From the human T2T-CHM13v2.0 reference genome, Homo sapiens: 64,000 nucleotides of DNA. This document shows positions 30,182 to 42,550 of this stretch, piece by piece (the first letter of the stretch is position 1; each line of letters starts with the position of its first letter). A model generated the notes under the pieces. That model made no database searches. It had not been told where the DNA came from and saw only the letters and a list, made by a program, of their open reading frames with translations. Both the position numbers and the translations under genes were made by a program. The DNA lies in NCBI RefSeq assembly GCF_009914755.1, contig NC_060926.1; one strand, given 5' to 3'.

Positions 30182-31039
30182 ATGATATGCTATTTTTCAG
30201 AGCAATCAAGGAGAATCCCTCGACAGTGACATAATCCCTTCTAAATCCTTTCTTGTGCTTTTCTTTCCTTAGAAAGCAGGTTTAAAATGCCCTGAGAACA
30301 ATAATCTTCTCTCAGAAAAAGATGTGGCTGGAATTGGTCACCTCCAGCTTTTTGTGAACTTGATACAGGACTGAGGACTACTCAACACCCCAAAGTGAGA
30401 CAGAAAGACACAAAGAGGAGGATGGACTTAGTGGCAGGTGGCACAGATTTCAGCCTTTTTCAGAGGCAAAGGCATAGCTCTGTTTCCTCTGTTCTCCCTC
30501 TCTCCCTTCCTCTGTCTGGAGCTGTGCTTTCCATGCCCACATCCTTACAAGTTCAAGTATCTCCCCTGCCCTCATCTCCTAAGGGAAGGGCCAAGGGGGT
30601 CCTCATTAATAAGAACAAATGGTGCTGGCTGCAAGATGTGGGTCAATGATGAGGTCAAATTCTGAATCCCTTGGTTTCAAATTTTGCAATGATTCCTCAT
30701 TTCTCATTTACCTGTTTCCAATCCGCATTTTCAGATATGCTATTATTATCATGGGCTAGGGATATCTATGTGAAGAGCTGGTTTTCTTCTTGGGTTTGTC
30801 CTTGGCAGGAGTGCTTTGCATTAGCCATATGTGATAGTTTATGAATGAAAGTGTCTCTGGGGATGCCTCTTCATGTCCTAGAGAGCATTTGTTCTGTCAC
30901 TGAAGGCTCTATGATCCCCATTTTCCACTTTGGCATTCTCCAAAACAAAAGAAGAGAAGGATCTGGAAGGGAGAGATAGAGTTGGGAGAAAGGAAGAAAG
31001 AATGAAGGAAACTAACTGGGTAACAGGCACTAATAATTT

Positions 31040-31625
31040 TATATTTCTATAGTTCTTTATAGTTTTTATATAAAAACAATTTGCAAAGTGTTTTTTTATT
31101 AAAGGCATAATCTTATTTGGTTTTTACAGCCGCTCTATAGATAAGCAAACTGAGGTTTAGGGAAAGTAATTAACCAGCTAGCTAATAAATATCAATGTTC
31201 TATTTGGATTCCAGTCCTTCTGAATTCATAGTTTTTCATATATAGTTTCTTTTCCATTCTGTTCATTTAAATGCAAAGGCATGCTCCAACTTCCTCTTTT
31301 TGAACCCTTGCCAAGCATTTGTAGGTAAAAGCTGAAGGTCTTAATCGGCAGCATAATTATTCAACAACTTACTAGAATTTTCCTGAGGATGGGCTGGTAG
31401 ACCTTGAGTATTTGACCAGAAATAATTATTCTACAAATACATTTATTAATGTTTTTGAGCACTTCGTATTTGACAAAATATTTTCATATCTAAATCTTGT
31501 TTGAGGTTCATATAAGCCATGTGCGTCTCTCAGAAGTCCGGTGATTGGCCCAAGATTTCTCAACTATTGAATGATGGAGTCAGGATGAAGACCTAGACTT
31601 TCTGATTCTGAGGTGCATGCTTTTT
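31040..31625 (-). mobile_element. Two MIR fragments (about 31040-31225 and 31440-31625)
   Basis: atagataagcaaactgaggttt; gattggcccaagat...gatggagtcaggatgaagacctagactttctgattc. Confidence 0.55.
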
Positions 31626-31779
31626 CTGTTGTCACGTATTTCCTCTACTGTTATGTGCCTAGGCATGTTAGCCTCTGCAGAGAGCATAGCAAAGATTCCA
31701 TCCCTAAGGAACATGATGAACTTAGAGATCAAGACTCCTAAGCCTGAAAGTAGAAGAGCTCATAACCCTAACCTCTAAG

Positions 31780-31955
31780 CAGGACTGGCTACGTAATTTG
31801 TGGGATGCTGTGTAAATAAAAATGCAGAGCCTCTTGTTTAAGCATTTCAAGAAGGTAACAGCAGAGAATGAAACCCAGCAGTCCTCTGAGTGCGGGGGCC
31901 CTCCTGAGCACAAAGCCCTATACAACTGCACTTGTGTGCCCATGAAGCCAGCCTA
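31780..31955 (-). mobile_element. MER45A (hAT-Tip100)
   Basis: Termini CAGGACTGGCTACGTAATTTGTGGG and CCCATGAAGCCAGCCTA. 8-bp TSD cctctaag/cctctgac. Confidence 0.85.
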
Positions 31956-32249
31956 CCTCTGACAGTAACTTAGAAGCAGATGACTTTGTTTCTTTTTCAG
32001 ACCCTTTCTGGGGTAGCTGTCAGAGAGCAGAAGTTCCAGGTCATATGAATTGTCTCCTATTAAGTCTTTTATTACCTCAGTTCTCATTCAGAGAGCTAAG
32101 GCACATGATGGCCCAGTGTTTCTTATTATACCTGTTAAGTCCAGTTCTTATGAATGAAAATTTAGGCACAGAATCGTAATATCATTAATAGCTAATATTT
32201 ACTGAGCATCTACTATCAGAGGCGTAGTACAAAAATGTTTAAATACTTT

Positions 32250-32788
32250 AAACTGATTTCAAAAGTGGCTTCAAAAAATGGCTTCAATTCTGTATCCTTC
32301 CCTATGCCTTGTGTTGTGACTTTGCAGCTTTTCCCATCAAGAAGTAGCATCTTCACCTTTTGAATCTGGATGATTCAGTGAATTGTTTTGGTTAATAGAA
32401 TGCATCAGAAGAGATAGTGTGCTAGTTCAGGATCTTGGCCTTAAGATGCTTGCAGTCTTCAGCTGTCTCTCTTAGAACCCTGGGATTACCATGAAAACAA
32501 GCCTACTATGCTACCCTGCTAGAAATGAGTGCCTCTTAGAGGAGGGCTGAGTCATCCCAATTGAGGCCATCCAGAGTGGCCAACATCCAGTTGATCTGCC
32601 AATTAACAATAGATGTATAAATGAACTTAGCTGAGGTCAGGCAGACCTAGTCCAGATCAGCAGAACCATTCCACTGATCAACTCACAGAGAGGTAAAAAA
32701 TGACAAGTAGTTGTTGCTTTAAGCCTCTATCTTTGTGTAGTGGTTGGTTGGTTATGCATGATTATGATGCTAATAGATAACAGATATT
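32250..32788 (+). mobile_element. MLT1H-like MaLR solo LTR inserted in a MIR
   Basis: gtgactttgcagc...cccatcaagaag...ttgaatctgg...gatcagcagaacc...ttgttgctttaagcc...aatagataacagata. Confidence 0.7.
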
Positions 32789-33502
32789 CAAGGATTATTA
32801 TTTCCATTCTCTTGATGAAACAATATGCGAGGTTAAGTCCATACCTATGATCAGTAGCTGGTAAATGAACCCAGAAAGTTTAACTCCAGCGACCAAATTC
32901 TTAACTGTTATTTTGTGGGGTCCCATTATAACACTCATGGCTCTGTCAAGCCCTCAGCTAATCCGAAAGCCATTTGAGTAGAGGAAGCAGTGCTTTTGCT
33001 GATAGGGGCAGGCCCAAAGAATGCAGCTGAAACACTAGGAATCTCTGCTGATAAAATACCATGTGTGTTATTAACGAAAACATACAAAATAAACAAAATA
33101 AAATGCTGATATTTATCAAGGGAAAAATGCATATATGCAGAATAAGAGAGACAATGGCTTTGAAGTCAAGGTCACAAGCTAAATGCTAGCAGAAATTTTG
33201 GCTGTATCTCATTAACACTAAATTATGACTGAGTTCTGTACGAGGTCCATGTGACCGTCCCATTAATGCAAATGGCATTTCTTATGTCTGTTTTTGCAAA
33301 TGAAAACAAGATACAATTATGTTAGTAGAATTTGCTCATTAAACTAAAATCCATCACCAAGTATCTCTCCACCTCCACTTCTGCCCCCCACCACCATCCT
33401 TGATCAAAAGTAATTGCTCCCCAGAGTATCAAGTAGGCCTTTTAGTAAAATAGGCTTGCACTATTTAATCATAGTGGGGGTACCAAACTACATGAGTTCT
33501 TA

Positions 33503-33637
<135 letters not shown>

Positions 33638-33663
33638 TCACATTTTACAGAGTACATAATAAA

Positions 33664-33724
33664 TCATTCATCCCATCCACTCATCCACCCATCTATTCAT
33701 CCATCCATCCATCCATCCATCATT
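33664..33724. repeat. (CCAT)n tetranucleotide repeat, likely derived from an L2 tail
   Basis: catccatccatccatccatc followed by antisense L2-end-like aaatattgag. Confidence 0.8.
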
Positions 33725-34832
33725 TCAATAAATATTGAGGGAGCATGCAGTGCCTTTTATCACACTAAGCTGTGCAAACTAAATATTAACCCTGTCTCCC
33801 TGCTGTTTCATTCTCATTACCTGGGCCCTGTCCGCTGGAGGCAAACAGAGCATTGGCTGGGTGGGTTCTTGTCACCCTGAGCAGAGCTGCATCTTTAACC
33901 AGTAAGAATCGCCCAGGGTTGGAGGAGGCTAAGAGGTTAGGAATGAGACTAATATGGCGAAATGAGTGTTTGTCTGGTCGGGAGGCAAGAGAAAAAGGAA
34001 TGAAAGTAATGAAAAAGAGCAATGAAAAATGGAAAAGAGGTGAAAAGAAGATAAGGAAGGAAAAAGTGAGGGGCAAAAAGATATTGGAGGAAAAGAGAGT
34101 GAAATGGCAAAGAAAAAGAAAGTTGGGAGAAAAACAATCAATATCTTTTTGCTTTTAAGCATGAAATCCAAGCATACAGTAGCTGGGAATGGCCATTGAT
34201 TCCCTTTATGCAGTAGACTGAGGCTGCTCACTCAGAGCTCATGGAAAGGGGTGACTTCTGCCCTATTTTGGCTTGTGCTGTGTCTTGATCAACAGTCTGG
34301 AAGTGAGCATGTTCACATTTGGATTCCAACACAGACAGCCTGCCCTTTCCTTGTCTTGCTGGATCAATGTGTATTTGTAGACATGCTCTCTGTTAGTTAC
34401 TTCCTCCCTGTTTCATTAGCTTTTATGTTGCTGTAAACTGTAGCTACCCAGATCTAAGTACCAGGCAATTAATCATTTTAAGTACAGTCAGTGCTACATG
34501 GAGGTGAGCACCTCTTTATGCAAGGAAGAGATGAAAGACCCAAACCACTACCTTCACTGTCCATTGAAATGTTTCAAGGGATGCCTGCTTGACCTTGCCC
34601 AGAGGGCTGGCTGCCCTTTGGTTCATTTCTCTGATAATGTCTGTGGGTTCTTCCCAACTAGACCAAGTGGAAAGAGAAGAAAGGAAGAAGCATGAAAGTA
34701 ATGGGGAGAGGGAGGGTGAACATCACTTGCAGAGTGCAGAGGCAACGAGGAAAAATGAAGGTAGGAGGCAGAGTGGGTAGAAGGAAGTAAAAGGGAGAGG
34801 GGAGATTGCCAAATGAGCAGACTAAAGAAATT

Positions 34833-34890
34833 CACACACACGCGCATGCACACACACACACACCTGTGTGTCTATTTGTGTGTGTGTGTA
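34833..34890. repeat. (CA)n...(TG)n compound repeat
   Basis: Read directly. Confidence 0.85.
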
Positions 34891-35171
34891 TCTGTTCCCT
34901 ACTGATATTTGGCAAATGATAAAAATAAATTCATCCTTGTTAAAAAGATACAAAAGAGTCAAAAGATTAATGTTCAAGTTCTTATTTGTGTGTGGATTTG
35001 GACAGATGACCTTAGATAAGCCTTACAACTTCTCTGTGCCTTTCCTTCTTCATCTGTAAAATTAGGAGGTAGTTCATTGGCTTTCTTAAATGTGTTCCAT
35101 GGGGATTTTGTGAGATGGTAATCACCAATCTCTAAAGAAAACTTTCCAGTGACATTAGTTGACAAACACAC

Positions 35172-35370
35172 AATATCCTTCTTGGAGATTCTAAATGCAT
35201 ATTAGCATATTATAGACTCTGAAAAGTTTTCCTATAAGAAGCAAACCTATCTAATTTTATTTACCTAATATTTCCTAATCTTATTTGACCATAAATCTTT
35301 TCCTTTTTAAAAATACCTTATAATTCCCTGAGTTTTTAGTGATACACAGAATATACTTTGAAAAATTGTT
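35172..35370 (-). mobile_element. MER103C-like fragment
   Basis: cttggagattc...gcatattagcatatta...cttatttgacca, the reverse of the copy at 15655. Confidence 0.6.
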
Positions 35371-35589
35371 GACCAGTCTCTAAAGTCTCTTCTGGCTTTG
35401 ACATTCTATGATTCTATGAAATAATTTATAGTAATAATAAACTGGTATGAAACAGAAGTGGATCTGTGTGAGCAGCGCTATTATGTAAAACTGGAACATC
35501 AACAAGAGAAAGTAAATTTGGCTGGAGTAGTAGAGGAACCAAGGATCATTATAACATACACACTCTAGGCCAGTCAGTATGCTAGATTT

Positions 35590-35760
35590 AATTGACATTT
35601 ATCTTCTTTATTCATCAGGGTAATCCTATGACATATGTAATTTTATTATTCCAGTTTTACAGATGAGAAAACTGAGTCTCAGATAGTTATCTATCTTGGC
35701 CAAGGTTTCATGGTGAATATATGGCATAGGCCAGTAGTCAGACCAGGACTAATCAACTTC
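35590..35760 (-). mobile_element. MIR
   Basis: ttttacagatgagaaaactgagtctcaga...cttggccaaggt. Confidence 0.75.
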
Positions 35761-36099
35761 AACTACATCATGTGGGACTTATTTTGGGCTTTGACTGGAA
35801 TAACTCTGAATGGAAGGATGACACAGAGGTGCTTGCACATAGTCACTGGGCAAAGTTCTTGGGTCTATGATGCAAAAAATGATGACAGGCAGGCAACAGG
35901 ATGAGACTAGGCTCTGAGCTGGTCCCTGGGTCACCAGATAGAGACACATTACAGTGCCTTTTAGGCTGATTTTGACATCTTATAATGACAATCTAGGGAT
36001 CTGAGGCCATGGCAGAATCAGGGCCTCCCAGGAATGTAGAAGAACTTTAAGGGTTTTTTCAAGAATGGCCATGAGCAAATCCCCCAATCTTCTTGCTTA

Positions 36100-36198
<99 letters not shown>

Positions 36199-36506
36199 TC
36201 AAGCCAGTTCAGTTACACTCCTTGAATATTTTTAGGGCTCAGCATAGAGCCTTGTGTCTGGGAGGATTCACAAGACACACAAAACTCCTTTCCTGCCATT
36301 AAAGAAGTCAGCTGTAGTAATAAGGCAAAACTAACATACTAGAGGCTAACACTTACCGAACAAGAGGAGAATAAGTCGAAGGCTGTGGCTCACCTTGGAG
36401 ATTATCCAGTCTATAGTTGTAGAAAGTGAGGTCCAGGAAGGAAGAGATTTGCTTAAAGATATTTAGGGAATATACAGGATGAGAACAAAATTTAAGTTCC
36501 CTAGAC

Positions 36507-36734
36507 CACGGGTCAGTAAACATTTTTTTTTTTTTTTTACAGGGCTAGATAGTAAATACTTTTTTGCCCTTGCTGTGGTATTTGGTCTCTATCACAACTG
36601 CCCAATTGACATTGTAGCCCAAATGTAACCAAAGGTAACACATGAATGAATTAGCCTGTGTTCCAATAAAACTTTATTCATAAAAACAGGTGTCAGGCTG
36701 GATTTGATCCATTGGCTGTAGTTCAGTGACACTG
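36507..36734 (-). mobile_element. MER58A (hAT-Charlie)
   Basis: cacgggtcagtaaac...agggctagatagtaaata...gtgttccaataaaactttatt...ggctgtagtt. 8-bp TSD ccctagac/tcctagat. Confidence 0.85.
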
Positions 36735-36815
36735 TCCTAGATCGTGGAGTTGTTTTCTCTCTGCTAATCTGGCTTTGAGAGATGAGAACTTCAATCCAGT
36801 CTCTTTTAAAATACA

Positions 36816-37127
36816 CATATGTTTGTTGGCCCCATTAATGTCTAACGTAGGAACAGAAAGCCAAACACCGCATATTCTCACTTATAAGTGGGAGCTAAAC
36901 AATGAGAACACATGAACACAGGGAGGGGAACAACACACACTGGGGCCTGTCAGGGGGTAGGATTGAGGGAGGGAGAGCATTAGGAAAAATAGCTAATGCA
37001 TGCTGGGCTTAATACCTAGGTGATGGGTTGATAGGTGCAGCAAACCACCATGACACACATTTACCTATTTAACAAACCTGCACATCCTGCACATGTACCC
37101 TGGAACTTAAAAATTAAGAAAAATAAT
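36816..37127 (+). mobile_element. L1PA (about PA10-13) 3' end with a short 5' inverted segment
   Basis: Sense L1 3' end from 36842 (attctcacttataagtgggagctaaac...gcacatgtaccctggaacttaa) with an A-rich tail. Antisense L1 piece at 36816-36843. Confidence 0.85.
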
Positions 37128-37621
37128 AAAATAAAACATATATTTAAATCCCTTTCCACTCCATGCCATTAACTAGGTGGAGGTTGTTGCAAGGCCATTG
37201 CCATTAATGATGTCTTGGCCTAGAATACACAGAAAAGATTCCTCAGGTCTCAGCGTTTTTTTCTCCCAGAGTAATTTGAGGGCAGAAGAGAATGAAGTCC
37301 ACTAGGCAGAAGCCCAGAGGTTGTGAGGAGAGAGGGCAGCTTAATCAGTTAATATTTATAAAGTGTCTCACAGATGAAATGTGCTATTATTAGGCCTCCT
37401 GAGGAAGACTCTTATGCAGTTTTAATGCGGCAGCTGAGTGTCTCAGGAAATCTCACAGGCAGCATGCATTCAAACTGGCTGGGGTAGAAGTGCTGTCTGC
37501 TGGCCTAGGATTTAGCGGAAGAGTTCTAGAAAGGCTCTTGATCAAGAGAAAGGCCTGGAGGGGAGGGAAAAAAGAAGGCCCCTGGGGGAGGGGAAGTGTG
37601 ACTGTGAGCAGCAGCAGTCTG

Positions 37622-37674
37622 CTGGTGCATCTGTGACTGGTGCATCTGTGACCAGGGGGCTGGTGACATCTGTG
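37622..37674 (+). repeat. 15-bp tandem duplication CTGGTGCATCTGTGA x2 plus a degenerate third copy
   Basis: Copies at 37622-37636, 37637-37651 and 37660-37674. Confidence 0.85.
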
Positions 37675-37842
37675 GCTTGTTAACCCAGTGGTGGCAGGGC
37701 CATTTCTCAGAAGCCCCCATGAATGAGGAGACATTATGTGAGAAGAGCTCCTCTTATTCCATAATAACATCTTTCATGATTTATTTGGTAAATTAAAGTC
37801 CTCACCATTTGCACAGTTGAACATAAATAAGGGTGGGGTATG

Positions 37843-37846
<4 letters not shown>

Positions 37847-37934
<88 letters not shown>
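37847..37934. repeat. Compound microsatellite (TC)13(TA)16(GA)15, self-complementary
   Basis: Counted directly from the sequence. Confidence 0.95.
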
Positions 37935-37939
<5 letters not shown>

Positions 37940-38882
37940 CACCATGCTGGCTATTGGCCATTTATTATCTCATTCTTTATCCTGTAAGTACAGGGAGTTC
38001 TGAGAGGTACAGAATTGAGAAGGAGGGGGAAAGGGATGGAAGAAGAAAGCCTTCATTTGAATGCAGTAGAGTGAAAGAATGGCACAGGTAGAGAATAAGG
38101 CATGCAGGAAAAGGCTAGCTAACAGGAAGGGCTCAAATGCAAATAAGGCCATCTCCTCTAAAAGCTATTTCCAGGTTCACTAGCAGTTAGCAGTACATTT
38201 GGTCACCACTCGTAGAGACATATGTCCTTGCCGAAGTTCACATATTGAGAATTCCCTTAACTGGATTTGTTTTTCAAAAGGAACTAGAAATTATTAGAAC
38301 AAAGTAAAGAAACACTTCTAAATTAGTGATTTCAGAAAGTAGTCCGTATTTGACGGTCTCAACTTCAAAGACAGTACCAGGTGTTAGGGTTGGGTAGGGG
38401 GATGCCTTTGGCCAGACGAGGGTTGGGGGCAGGTGAACAGGGTACAGTCATGGAAAAGTCCTTCAATGAGAAATTTAGACATCTTATTCCGATCTAACCC
38501 AATTCTGTCTCTAGTTATTACTATTATAATTTATTGGGTGTTTACCGTTTATCAGCCACTTTACCTACATACTCTGTAATCCTTTTGACATGCTTGTGAG
38601 GTTGGTATTTTGGTCTCCACATTAATAAATGGTCCCACCTGTATGAGGAACCAACTGTGGCTGACAGAAGGGCTCACACACTTTCTTCTACCCTCCCTGC
38701 CTCCCGTGCCATATTGAGCACCCCTCTGGGCCTTGGATTCTTTGTTGCAAAATAAGGGGATACGATGAGATCATTTGTCAAGTCTTTTCCAGAACAGTGC
38801 AAGGTGCCTTCATCCTCAAGCACAGAAGCTCTGCAGAAGACAATTTTCAGAGATGAGTCTCTCCTTTCCTCATCTTCTAGGA

Positions 38883-39025
38883 CAGCGCTTCTCAAATGCT
38901 AACACACATGAGAACCACCTAGAGATCTTTTTAGAATGCAGATTCTCATTGGGAAGGTCTTGACTGGGGCCTGAGGTCCTGCATTTCTAATAGCCCAGGT
39001 GCTGGTCATACTTTGTACTGCAAGG
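38883..39025 (+). mobile_element. MER5A-like hAT fossil
   Basis: cagcgcttctcaaa...gaaccacct...aatgcagattc...ggggcctgag...tgcatttctaa. Confidence 0.7.
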
Positions 39026-39179
39026 TTCTTTAGGGAAATAGTAATAATATGCTACCAGACTTTTTGACCCAATGTACATATTCATAGGTGGATATGCAGA
39101 GTGTGATAGAGGAGCTCCAGGAGAATGAAGTAGTTGGTTTAGAAAAATCTGCATTCCCTCTGAAAAGCCCTCCTTTACT

Positions 39180-39376
39180 CTACCAGCACTGAAGTTTTCC
39201 TATTGTCTAGCTTCTCACAAGATCTTTTTCATTTCTCAGCTGAAGCAATCACAACCATGTTTTGTCGTTGCTTTTTTTTGGTCATTGTCTAATTCATCTG
39301 TTTTTGTATCTCTAGCATCTAGTGATAATTTGATATGTAGTTAGTGCCCAATAAATGATTACTGGATGAATGAATG
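39180..39376 (+). mobile_element. L2 3' end
   Basis: tgtatctctagcatctag...gtgcccaataaatg...gaatgaatg. Confidence 0.6.
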
Positions 39377-40217
39377 GATCAAAGGGTAGACTAAGGAAAA
39401 GAAATCTTCAGGCCTATGAATATCATCACTAAACTGAAGGAGATGAAGTTTGTGGCATTCTTTCACCCCCTTTTCTGCAGGCAACATGTCTAAGTCCAGC
39501 AGGTGACAGCCCAGCCTAGCTTGTCTATGACTTAGGATTTTGTTCCAGGGAATTTTACTAATACAGAGTATAACATGCAAGTGACACACAAAAATATTTG
39601 GTCTGCTGACCAGATAGTATCTGGATACCTTTATCCGTGCCTCTCTGGGTCACAGCTCTCTCCCTAGGCCTTCTCTGGCTATCAGTTGAGGTCCTTGAAT
39701 TGACAAAACACCCATAGAAAATAAAACAGGAGAGAGGACGGGTGACTATAAGGGTTCACTGAGTGTCTGACTGGGGATTAGGGAAGATGACTTTTAAGGC
39801 CCCTTCTGTACATGAGATTCCATGTTTGTATGAAGGATAGGGACATGTGCTTCCATGAGGTACTGGGGGTTATCAAGGCATTCTCTCTGGTGTGGGTTTC
39901 AGAGCCATTATGAAATTCCTTTCCTTCAAATATACAAGTACATTTGATGGAGGGTTGGGGTAGGGTGTTTTCCAATATTGAGGACTTTAGGGAGCGAATA
40001 AGCATACAGAATTTGGTCTGCTCCAGCATGAAATTTCAACCTCTTACAGAGTCATATTAATTTGTTCACCATTATAACTGATACTCATTTGACAAGTGCC
40101 GAACTGTTTTATTCCGAGTAGAGTTGTTACTGACTTATTGGATACAAAGAACTGAAGAGCTGTGACCAGTAGTTAAAGGCCTCACTAGGATTTCGATGAC
40201 ATGAATTGGAGAACAGA

Positions 40218-40618
<401 letters not shown>

Positions 40619-41224
40619 AAATCAAAAACAGAAACTTCTTTTTCACTTTCTTTCTGATAGAGGAGATAAAGTCCCCCTCTGGGTCTTTCCCATCTTGTCC
40701 CTCCTCCCCTGCCTTTCTCTTCACAGAGCATTTTTCTCCAATATATCCAAAATATTTCTCCCTAACTCAGTAAATTAAGAGACTCAACTGCATTAAAATA
40801 TTTGTAATAGTCACTGAATCAAATTTTTCTTTTGTTGTTAATAAGCTCAAACTAAATTCAGTTGACTGTTTTCCTTCCCTGAGTCCCCAGTGGTTGAGGA
40901 TTTCCATAGACCCTCTGTTACTGCCCCTTGCATATTGCATTGGGTTTGCATTCTGCTTTGTTTCCCTCACTAGGCTAAGAACTGCTGGAGGACAGTGACA
41001 TTGCCCTTTATCTTAATATTCCTGCTCCCAGTCAAATGTTTGCTGAATGAATGAATTATCTTTGAAAGATTATAAAAGATTTTCCACCTTTGCTTTTGTA
41101 CAATAAAACCGTGTTCCTGAAAACTTGCAGTAAACAGAGTATTTGCAAATCAAATTGTGTATTCGCACAGGAGGGAAGCTTCTTAGCAGAAAACTTGGAG
41201 TGAATCTTTAAGCGAGTGGAGAAC

Positions 41225-41350
41225 TAATTCAACAAATGTTCAACGAATTTTGATTAAGGAGCTTCTGTGTTTCAGGCACTGGGATCAGTGCTGGGAATCT
41301 AAAGATGAATAAAATGGATCCTTGGTTCATCAATCATCTCTAACTCAGTG
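41225..41350 (-). mobile_element. L2 3' end
   Basis: ttcaacaaat...caggcactgggatcagtgctggg...aaagatgaataaaa. Confidence 0.6.
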
Positions 41351-42361
41351 AGAGTAGTATTCTAGGCTTTCCTTAACTGGTGCTATCTGTATTTGATGGG
41401 GCACATTTTAGTTACTAGAAAAAATAAACTTTTGGTATATTGCTTTTCAATACAACAAGATAGAGTATGTGCATATAGTAATTCATATTATATATGTGAC
41501 ATATGTTGTATACCTTGTGATATTGAAGTGTAATATGCATATAATATAATTATAATATGTGTAATATATATATGTCATGTATAAGAAGGCAGGTGAAAAT
41601 TCCCATGAAAATATGTTCCAGAAAATTTCATAAAACTCTCTTTGTGGAGTCTGGGACTAAATTCATCTGCAGCTGGGAGACCTTGTGACAGTCAACCACT
41701 GTGCTGAGGGAAAACTCTACTGGCAAAGGTCCTAGAGAAATTCAGGTTATTCCCTTAACCTCACCTATAGAATCATTTAAATACTTAAACCAGGCTATGT
41801 TATTATTCCGAACCCAAGCCCCTTCCTAAATCCTATAGTGAGATTGGCTATCTGGTCTGCTGACCGCATAAAGGAGATTAGGTAGAGCATGTATGTGCCT
41901 CAACATGGATTGTCTCCACCACTGAAATCATAACCTAAAAAGCATGCTTTTCCCTTTAGGAGAGGCTCAATTCAAGGTGGGACATGTCAGGGTGTGGTGA
42001 GGATGTTGCCACAAGGCTCCTTTTACCTCCTCAGATGACAGCCAGTGGTGCTATCCTTTCCTGACATGCCTGAGATGGTCTTGTCTTCCCAGATCTGCTT
42101 CCTTCTCATGGGCAAGATAAGTCTTTGCTAGAGTCATCCTACAGATATCCCCAAAATGAGACAGAGATAAAAGTACCTTCAGTGGCTCAGCCTAATTCAG
42201 TAATTTGAATTAAATGCACTTGGTTTCAAATACATCAACAACAAACGATTGTGTTCATTTTTAGGTTTACCTTAATTTAAACCTTAAGTAATCTAAAATT
42301 TGACATAATATATTTCCCTTGTTTCCCTCAGTAGATGAGCAAAGGGACTAAAAATCACAGT

Positions 42362-42550
42362 CATAATAGCTAACGTTTATTAAGCACTTACGTGTCAGGC
42401 AACTTTTCTCTGCTTCACATTTATTAGGTTGCTTAATCCTCACAACAACCTTGTCAGCTAAGTGCCATCCTTAGCCCCTTTTACAGAAGAGGGTGGCACA
42501 CAGAAGTTCAGTAATTTCCCCAACAGCACACATAAGTCAAAGTTCCAAGC
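42362..42550 (-). mobile_element. MIR
   Basis: atagctaacgtttattaagcactta...ttaatcctcacaacaacct...ttttacaga. Confidence 0.75.

Noticed and set aside
33853-34158. Lys/Glu/Arg-rich 101-aa ORF
   Set aside because: It is a by-product of a purine-rich low-complexity tract, with a non-ATG start and no domain.
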